A stretch of DNA of 14,508 nt from Nitrospinota bacterium (lineage in GTDB: Bacteria; UBA8248): the NCBI GenBank assembly GCA_036231405.1, contig JAZAHK010000010.1, positions 1 through 14,508 of the forward strand, written 5' to 3'. The notes under the pieces are model-generated. The model did no database searches, had not been told where the DNA came from, and saw only the letters and a program-made list of their open reading frames with translations. Positions 8,259-14,508 of this stretch are shown in pieces; positions within the stretch are counted from its first letter, which is position 1, and each line of letters starts with the position of its first letter. The translations under genes were made by a program, and so were the position numbers.

Positions 8259-9191
8259 ATGGAATATGAACTATTTGCGAAACCAGACAATGTGAATCGT
8301 GGTTTTTATGATGCCAGTTCTTCACCAGTTCTTTCTATTCAGTCAGGAGACACTCTCCGAGTTCATACAGAATCTGGTTTAGAAGAGCATTTAGAACTCG
8401 TTGGAGAACGTGCCTCGGATGAGTTTCGTGCAATTATAGAAAAACTTCCAATTGGACCTGGCCCTCACATCCTGATAGGTCCTATTGCTATTGAGGATGC
8501 TTCACCGGGGGATGTACTTGAAGTGCAACTGGAAGATATTTCTCCTAGATATGATTGGGGATACAATGGGTTTAGACCACTCATGGGTGGATTGCCTGAA
8601 GATTTTCCTTATCGCAAAACGGTAATTGTTGAGATCGACAAAGAACTTGGAGTAGCGGATTGGGGAGCAGGAATTCAAGTTCCATTATCCCCTTATTTTG
8701 GCAATTTTGGAGTTGCTCCCCCAGCCTCTATGGGCAAAATTGGCAGTTATCCACCTGGTGCTTGGGGTGGGAATATGGATAACAAAGAATTAGTTTCAGG
8801 TTCTAAAGTGTTTTTCCCTGTTTTTAATGAAAAAGCTCTTTTCTCAATAGGCGATGGTCATGGGTGTCAGGGGGATGGAGAAGTTTGTCTTACTGCCTTG
8901 GAGTGTGCGATGTCAGGGACGTTGAAATTTAAACTCCATAAAGATTTGTTTCTAATTCTCCCAAGAGCCGAAACTCCTACTCACCATATCTTCATGGGTT
9001 TTGATCCGCTTATTGATAATGCCGTGAAAATTGCACTTAGGGAGACGATAAAGTTTATGAGGAGTGAATACGATATTCATCGTGACGATGGATACACAAT
9101 ATGTAGTTTGGCAGTTGATCTAAGAGTGACCCAGATAGTCAACGGAGTGAAAGGGGTGCATGCTATGCTCCCTAAAAATATTTTTGTTTAA
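8259..9191 (+). CDS. Acetamidase/formamidase family protein, paralog 3
   Basis: GPHILIGPI, GGNMD, GDGHGCQGDGEVCLTALE and TQIVNGVKGVH. ATG 1 nt after the paralog 2 stop. Confidence 0.92.
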   Translation: MEYELFAKPDNVNRGFYDASSSPVLSIQSGDTLRVHTESGLEEHLELVGERASDEFRAIIEKLPIGPGPHILIGPIAIEDASPGDVLEVQLEDISPRYDWGYNGFRPLMGGLPEDFPYRKTVIVEIDKELGVADWGAGIQVPLSPYFGNFGVAPPASMGKIGSYPPGAWGGNMDNKELVSGSKVFFPVFNEKALFSIGDGHGCQGDGEVCLTALECAMSGTLKFKLHKDLFLILPRAETPTHHIFMGFDPLIDNAVKIALRETIKFMRSEYDIHRDDGYTICSLAVDLRVTQIVNGVKGVHAMLPKNIFV

Positions 9192-9220
9192 TTAATTTTA
9201 ATAGCTTTATGGAGAATTTT

Positions 9221-10345
9221 ATGACCGGTGACGAAAATAATCTGCGTCCAATTGGTTTGGCTATAGTTGGTTGCGGTAAAATTGGAAGAATCAGGGGGGA
9301 ATTTGCGCGGACTTATCCAGGTGTTGAGTGGATTGGTTTATGCGATGTCAACGAGAAAGTGGGTCGTCAATTGGCTGACGACGTAAATGCAGATTTTTAT
9401 ACAAATGACTACAAGGAATTATTGAATCGTCCAGAAGTGACTGCAACTATCATTGCTACAGATGAAACCGAACATGTCGACCCTACAATGCTTTCTATAG
9501 AGAAAAAGCACGACTTATTTATTGAGAAACCTCTGGCTACAAATGCAAAAGAATCACAGATGATTCTCGATGCAATTGAAGAGAATGATATTGATGCTGT
9601 TGTGGGTTACACACAGCGTTTTAGAAGAAGATTTCTTGTAGCAAAAGAAAAAGTTAGGACAGGACAGCTTGGTGAGGTGACTACTGTTGTTACTAGGGCG
9701 TTTATGAATCGACTCGTTCCTATTGCTACAGTCGAAAAAACCGAATATCGAGCCAAACTTACCCCTATGGTCGTTTCTGGTACGCATAGTCTAGATATTT
9801 GTATGTGGCTGATGGAAGGGAAGAAACCCGTTGAGGTCTATTCGAAAACTACAGATAAAACACTGGGAGCATCTTATGGCACGAAGGATGCAACACTTGG
9901 AATTTTCACATTTGACGATGGTACCATCTGGAGTATGAACATTAGTTGGGCGTTGCCGATTGTATGGCCAGGTTCTGTTTATAGTCTCGAAATAGGAATA
10001 GTGGGAACAGAAGGTGTCTTGACGATAGATGACACTCACAGAGATCTTGTTCTTGCGACAGAGAATCCGCAGCCTGCAGGTTATACTCCCGAAGTGAAAA
10101 GAAATGTCGATTTTCTCACTAGTTACCCCCCTGGTGATGTGGTTTTGAATCAGTTGTGGGGTCCTATGAGAGAGGAAACTAATGCATGGTTTGCGAGGGT
10201 ACATTCAGGTTTGGATACCCCTCACGCCACAGCAGAAGACGGTCATAATAATTTGATTCTTACCATGGCGATGGATCTTTCTTCCAAATTAGGGAAAGCC
10301 TTGCCTTTGCCTGTGGATTTAGAAGATCTAGAACAACTTAATTAA
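9221..10345 (+). CDS. Gfo/Idh/MocA family NAD(P)-dependent oxidoreductase
   Basis: Rossmann motif IVGCGKIG, EKPLA, VGYTQRF and GTHSLD. GGAG at 9211-9214 favours ATG 9221 over 9209. Confidence 0.92.
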   Translation: MTGDENNLRPIGLAIVGCGKIGRIRGEFARTYPGVEWIGLCDVNEKVGRQLADDVNADFYTNDYKELLNRPEVTATIIATDETEHVDPTMLSIEKKHDLFIEKPLATNAKESQMILDAIEENDIDAVVGYTQRFRRRFLVAKEKVRTGQLGEVTTVVTRAFMNRLVPIATVEKTEYRAKLTPMVVSGTHSLDICMWLMEGKKPVEVYSKTTDKTLGASYGTKDATLGIFTFDDGTIWSMNISWALPIVWPGSVYSLEIGIVGTEGVLTIDDTHRDLVLATENPQPAGYTPEVKRNVDFLTSYPPGDVVLNQLWGPMREETNAWFARVHSGLDTPHATAEDGHNNLILTMAMDLSSKLGKALPLPVDLEDLEQLN

Positions 10346-10375
10346 AAATCATTATCGAATGAGGAGAGTTTAAGA

Positions 10376-10783
10376 ATGCCTTTTTATCAGATTGCCGAAA
10401 TGGTCAAAAACAATAGTGAAATCAACCCTTCTATCACAGCAAAAAGTGTCCCTGGTGAATATATGAAAGCAGGTATTGTAACAAAACCGGAAGGGGAGGG
10501 TCCTCCTCTCCATATGCATCCTAACGAAGAGCAGTTCACATTGATTCTGGAAGGTAATCTTCATTATATATTGGGAGATGAAGATAAAATTGTTGGTCCT
10601 GGAGATATGATTCATATTCCGCGTTTTACAAATCATAGAAGCAGGGCAGTTAATGGAGAGGCTACTTTTTTTACTGTGAAAAGCCCGGCAGGTTCTGGAG
10701 AACTCGATCAGGATTATAATATGGTGGATGATGCAGAAGACGCTGAAAATCTTTATCCAGGTGAAAAACAAAGCGATAATTAA
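10376..10783 (+). CDS. Cupin domain protein
   Basis: Cupin motif 1 HMHPNEEQF...LEG and motif 2 GDMIHIPRFTNH. RBS GAGGAG at 10361-10366. Confidence 0.9.
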   Translation: MPFYQIAEMVKNNSEINPSITAKSVPGEYMKAGIVTKPEGEGPPLHMHPNEEQFTLILEGNLHYILGDEDKIVGPGDMIHIPRFTNHRSRAVNGEATFFTVKSPAGSGELDQDYNMVDDAEDAENLYPGEKQSDN

Positions 10784-10795
10784 AGGGAAAAATGT

Positions 10796-11245
10796 ATGGG
10801 CGTTCGTTTTTTTGAAGACTTTGAGGTTGGTCAAACTTTTACTGCTGGTGGAATTGAACTAACTCAAGATGAAATCATGGAATTTGCCCGTAATTACGAT
10901 CCGCAGCCTTTTCATGTGGATATAGATTATGCAGAAAAGTTTCAGTATGGAGGAATTATTGCCAGTGGATTTCATACCATGGCGGTTACGATGCGTTTAT
11001 TTGTAGATACAGGATTTTTGGGGACTTCTAGCCTTGGTTCCCCTGGAATAGAGTCGATCAAATGGCCGAATCCTGTAAGGCCTGGCGATGTGCTATCCCT
11101 CAGTGTTAGTCTTGTAAGTAAACGTGTTTCAAAGTCTGACCCTTCGCGAGGTGTGATGATTCTGGATTATACAACTACAAATCAGGAAGAAGAAGTGAAA
11201 CTCAAGATGACTGGTGCGGTACTTATGAAATGCAGTCCCAGTTAA
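10796..11245 (+). CDS. MaoC/NodN-like (R)-enoyl-CoA hydratase/dehydratase
   Basis: FFEDFEVGQ, hydratase motif YDPQPFHVD, IIASGFHT and WPNPVRPGD. Confidence 0.9.
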   Translation: MGVRFFEDFEVGQTFTAGGIELTQDEIMEFARNYDPQPFHVDIDYAEKFQYGGIIASGFHTMAVTMRLFVDTGFLGTSSLGSPGIESIKWPNPVRPGDVLSLSVSLVSKRVSKSDPSRGVMILDYTTTNQEEEVKLKMTGAVLMKCSPS

Positions 11246-11269
11246 ATTTTAACCGAAAGGGTTAGGAAA

Positions 11270-11431
11270 ATGGGTTTGGATGAAATAAAGGAAGAAATAA
11301 AAAATTATCCTACTCCTATAGCTGGATGTGATGTGTATTTTAACTGGCTACTCGAAGAAAGAGATAGACTTCTTTCTGGAATAGAAGAAGATGAGATTGT
11401 AAAAAGAGATCATCTGACAGGTAAGTTTTGA
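11270..11431 (+). CDS. Small (53 aa) hypothetical protein with YPTPIAGCD motif, absent from the ORF track
   Basis: MGLDEIKEEIKNYPTPIAGCDVYFNWLLEERDRLLSGIEEDEIVKRDHLTGKF*. AGGA lies immediately upstream. It fills the gap between maoC and cbiX and overlaps the cbiX 3' end by 22 nt. Confidence 0.7.
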   Translation: MGLDEIKEEIKNYPTPIAGCDVYFNWLLEERDRLLSGIEEDEIVKRDHLTGKF

Positions 11432-11835
11432 CTAGATTCTTTAAAACCTTCTTCTATTCTCTGTGAAACGATATCTATAATCTTTTCGTGGAATCCAAGA
11501 TGCGGTCCTAGGTGAATTTTCACATTAGGATTTCTGGAGGCACCTATATCTACAAGATTTGGAAGATCTTTCCTAACATGATTCCCCATGTGTAGAAAGT
11601 AGGGTGTCAAAAGAATCTCTTCTGCTCCTTTGTTTGCACAAGAATCGATACATTTAGGAATAGAAGGATCATTAATTTCCAAAAAAGCAGCAGTCACAAT
11701 TCTGTCCGGCCATTTTTTCTGGATGATATCTACTACCTTGTACATATCGCGGTTAGCACCTTCTGCCCGGCTTCCATGGCCAAGAAGAATAATTGCTTTT
11801 AGAGAGTTTGAGGAATTTTCGGCTATGCCATGCAT
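11410..11835 (-). CDS. cbiX: Short single-domain sirohydrochlorin chelatase (CbiX/SirB family)
   Basis: LLGHGSR, AFLEINDPSI, PYFLHMGNHVRKDLP and HLGFH. GAGGAG/AAGGTGA lies upstream, and the start overlaps the reductase 3' end. Confidence 0.9.
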   Translation of the reverse strand: MHGIAENSSNSLKAIILLGHGSRAEGANRDMYKVVDIIQKKWPDRIVTAAFLEINDPSIPKCIDSCANKGAEEILLTPYFLHMGNHVRKDLPNLVDIGASRNPNVKIHLGPHLGFHEKIIDIVSQRIEEGFKESSQNLPVR

Positions 11836-13631
11836 TCACCTTCTCCTCTTTCAAGAACGTAGCTTTCTTTCTTTCCCCAGTCTACAAAAATTTCTTCTTT
11901 TTCTTCTTCATTAAATTGGCCGTTAATATGAAATTCCTGAAGAAGTTTTTCAAAGGACTGATTGCCCATTCTTTCAAAGAAATCGTTGAACTTTTCGTTC
12001 TCATTCCTGTTTTCTTTGTAGAAGGTGAGTATGCGTTTCACGGCATTGGGAACTCTTTTAGCAGGGATTCTTATTCTTAAACGTTCTCCAAGTTTAGTTA
12101 AACCGTTAGTGTTTTGATGCTGTCCACCTATAAATAATTCATAGGCAGGTAGCATTTTGCCTCCAGAACGAAGAGTGCCTCCGTGAAACCCGATATTCGC
12201 AATGTGATGTTGCCCGCAGGAGTTCGGACAGCCGCTCATTTTAATCTGGAGTTCTTTCGTTAAGGTGTCTTCTATCGCTTCTTCTTCCAAAGTGTTTCGT
12301 ATGGCAGTTGCCAGACCCATTGAGGAAGTAATTCCTAGTTTACAGGAATCTGTTCCAGGACAAGAGACAATATCCGTAATTTCTTGGGCTCCATTACTGG
12401 AGAGACCTATTTTTTTGAGTTCGACCCATACCCTTTTTAAATCATTCTTTTTAATCCACCTTAAGACTATATTTTGCTGGTAACTTGTTCTCGCCCTGCT
12501 TCCAGCATATTTTCTGGAAATTTCAGCCAGAGCAAAAAATTGATCTGCAGTGATATCACCAAGGGGAAGTTTTATTTCAGCAGCATAAAATCCAGATTGA
12601 AGTTGCTCCCTTACATTTGTAGATTCCCATGCAGTATATTCGTCATGATCTCCATTCAACTCTACTTCGTCTGCAGTACTAAGAAATTCTTCGTCTGTGT
12701 CTAAATCTTCGTACTCGTTATCTTCCCATAAATATTCATCAATATTGATTGGATTTGTGGCCCATTTCCCTGTCAACTCTTTTTCTACTCTTTCTCTTAA
12801 TCCGTCTATTCCTATCCAGCCTACGAGAAATTTAATTCTTGCCTTAAATCTGCTTTTTCTAAGTTCTTTTGATTTGTTGAATACTCTTACTATCGCTTCG
12901 CTTACGCGCAGAAACTCGGTTGCAGGAATAAACTCGTACAGTGTTTCTGCCACGCGGGGAAACGTTGCCAGTCCTCCTCCTACGAGCATTTTAAAACCCT
13001 TAGTGACGACACCTTCTATCTCTTTAATGACGGGGATAAATCCAATATCGTGTATCCCTGCAACGACACAATCAGAACTGCAACTTGAAAAAGCAGCTTT
13101 AAATTTCCTAGGTAGGTTTTGTATGAAATCTTTTCTAGCAAAATAACGCGCAAAAGCACCTGCGTAAGGAGTAGAATCGAAAACCTGATCTTTACAAACA
13201 CCTGCAAATGCACAGCCGGTAACATTTCTAACAGTATTTCCACATGCTTCCCGAGTGGTTAGACCAACTTTCGCAATCAAACGCATTAAGTCGGCAGCAT
13301 CTTCTAGCCTTATAAAGTGAAACTGGAAGTTTTCTCTTGTTGTTACATGGCCCTTTTTGAGAGGGGTATAGTCGCGGGCAACTACTCCGAGAGTTTCAAG
13401 CTGATCTGCAGTCATTCCGCCAAAAGGAATTTTGATTCTAAACATTTGAGAATCAGCTTGTCTTTGCCCATAGACTCCTCTCAAAAGTCTCCACCCTGTG
13501 AATTCGTTTTCGGCAAGTTCACCGTCATGAAACTTCGTAACTTCTGTTTCGAAGTCATCAAACTCTTCTTCTAAGATAGGGATAACAGGTAAAGAAACGT
13601 TTGCTGATGATTTTGAATGACTTGCACACAT
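11823..13631 (-). CDS. Siroheme-[4Fe-4S] sulfite/nitrite reductase hemoprotein (Sir/NirA/CysI family)
   Basis: GVYGQRQ, RIKIPFG, HVTTRENFQFH, ACGNTVRNV and LPRKFK, with cofactor ligands SCPGTDSC and SGCPNSCGQH. RBS TAGGAG 6 nt before ATG 13631 supports this start rather than 13691. Confidence 0.93.
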   Translation of the reverse strand: MCASHSKSSANVSLPVIPILEEEFDDFETEVTKFHDGELAENEFTGWRLLRGVYGQRQADSQMFRIKIPFGGMTADQLETLGVVARDYTPLKKGHVTTRENFQFHFIRLEDAADLMRLIAKVGLTTREACGNTVRNVTGCAFAGVCKDQVFDSTPYAGAFARYFARKDFIQNLPRKFKAAFSSCSSDCVVAGIHDIGFIPVIKEIEGVVTKGFKMLVGGGLATFPRVAETLYEFIPATEFLRVSEAIVRVFNKSKELRKSRFKARIKFLVGWIGIDGLRERVEKELTGKWATNPINIDEYLWEDNEYEDLDTDEEFLSTADEVELNGDHDEYTAWESTNVREQLQSGFYAAEIKLPLGDITADQFFALAEISRKYAGSRARTSYQQNIVLRWIKKNDLKRVWVELKKIGLSSNGAQEITDIVSCPGTDSCKLGITSSMGLATAIRNTLEEEAIEDTLTKELQIKMSGCPNSCGQHHIANIGFHGGTLRSGGKMLPAYELFIGGQHQNTNGLTKLGERLRIRIPAKRVPNAVKRILTFYKENRNENEKFNDFFERMGNQSFEKLLQEFHINGQFNEEEKEEIFVDWGKKESYVLERGEGECMA

Positions 13632-13659
13632 TTTTAGTCTCCTATACACAATTGCGTAA

Positions 13660-14508
13660 CTATATCGATAATTGCAATTTTTTATTTTCAAGAAGAGGGT
13701 TGGATTTATGAGATTCTGACTGAAAAGAATTAGAATCTGTTTTTCTGCCTTTTTTAAACCAATCTAGTTTTTCGCTAAGTTTTGCTACTTCTCCTACTAC
13801 AAAAATTGCAGGAGAAGAAATTTCTTCTCTTTCTGCGAGTTTTACAGCGTTGCCCAATGTGTCTGTGAAGTTCCTCTGATTCTCTTTTGTGGCATTTTCA
13901 ACAATAGCAATTGTTGTTTCTTTCGCCATCCCGTTTTTGATAAGTGTAAAAGAAATACGACCAATAGAACGTGCAGACATTAAAAAGACTAGAGTTCCTT
14001 TATCTTTTGCTAAATGGATGTAATCGAGATTGTCGGATTCTTTATTTGGGTCTTCATGGCCAGTAATGAATGTTACGCTTGAAGAAATTCCTCTGTGTGT
14101 TACAGGTATACCAGCAAAAGCAGGTGCAGAGATTGCGGAGGTTACACCTGGAACAATTTCAAAAGGAATATTTTCTTTTTTTAGTTCTAGTGCTTCCTCT
14201 CCACCTCTGCCAAAAACAAAGGGGTCGCCACCTTTGAGACGAACAATAGTTTTATTGTCTTTTGCAAAATCTATCATTAGTTTATTGATATTGTTCTGTG
14301 AAATTGTGTGATGGTCAGCAGATTTTCCTGCATAAATAAGTTCACAATCTGAATGACAGAAATTAAGAATTTCAGGATTAAGCAATTTGTCGTAAATTAC
14401 GACGTCCGCAATTCTTAAAAGTTTTAATGCCTTTACTGTAATCAGATCAGGATCTCCAGGTCCTGCACCTACTATATAGACCACACCTTTTGTATGTTCT
14501 TCTCTCAT
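13660..14508 (-). CDS. cobA: Uroporphyrinogen-III C-methyltransferase (SUMT)
   Basis: VGAGPGDPDLITVKA, YDKL, RLKGGDPFVFGRGGEE, VPGVTSA, GIPVTHRG and ITGH. The ATG is at the window edge, so the true start cannot be verified. Confidence 0.95.
   Translation of the reverse strand: MREEHTKGVVYIVGAGPGDPDLITVKALKLLRIADVVIYDKLLNPEILNFCHSDCELIYAGKSADHHTISQNNINKLMIDFAKDNKTIVRLKGGDPFVFGRGGEEALELKKENIPFEIVPGVTSAISAPAFAGIPVTHRGISSSVTFITGHEDPNKESDNLDYIHLAKDKGTLVFLMSARSIGRISFTLIKNGMAKETTIAIVENATKENQRNFTDTLGNAVKLAEREEISSPAIFVVGEVAKLSEKLDWFKKGRKTDSNSFQSESHKSNPLLENKKLQLSI

Noticed and set aside
11250-11264. Small hairpin TAACC-GAAAG-GGTTA after maoC
   Set aside because: The 5-bp stem is weak and has no U-tract, so it is not supportable as a terminator.
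11429-11431. TGA ending the 53-aa ORF (and the TGA ending cbiX) as further Sec codons
   Set aside because: Neither is in a redox-motif context, and readthrough would only run antisense through the opposing gene.
13632-13691. Longer reductase N-terminus given by the ORF track (start 13691)
   Set aside because: It overlaps the cobA 3' end, and the strong RBS TAGGAG points to ATG 13631.
354-14311. Antisense and alternative-frame ORFs in the track (e.g. 3815-4282, 4745-5275, 9791-10204, 10370-10834, 12697-13146)
   Set aside because: They are shadows of well-supported genes and carry no recognisable motifs.

Overview
AT-rich, densely packed bacterial chromosomal window with no mobile elements, RNA genes or CRISPR array. 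Minus-strand sulfur/siroheme genes lie at both ends. On the right are cobA/SUMT, a siroheme-[4Fe-4S] sulfite/nitrite reductase and a short CbiX/SirB chelatase. On the left is a homoserine O-acyltransferase (MetX) fused to a C-terminal NIL domain. Directly downstream of metX is a gene the ORF track missed: a DsbA/FrnE-like thioredoxin-fold protein whose active site reads U-P-F-C, with an in-frame TGA at 181-183 followed by a SECIS-like hairpin, so it is a probable selenoprotein (truncated by the window edge). The middle holds a DUF3891-like gene with mutT, a methyltransferase, ilvD and a Ca-binding-repeat lipoprotein. It also holds a plus-strand catabolic operon of three tandem acetamidase/formamidase paralogs, a Gfo/Idh/MocA oxidoreductase, a cupin, a MaoC dehydratase and an unannotated 53-aa ORF. 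All family assignments come from motif recognition, not database searches.
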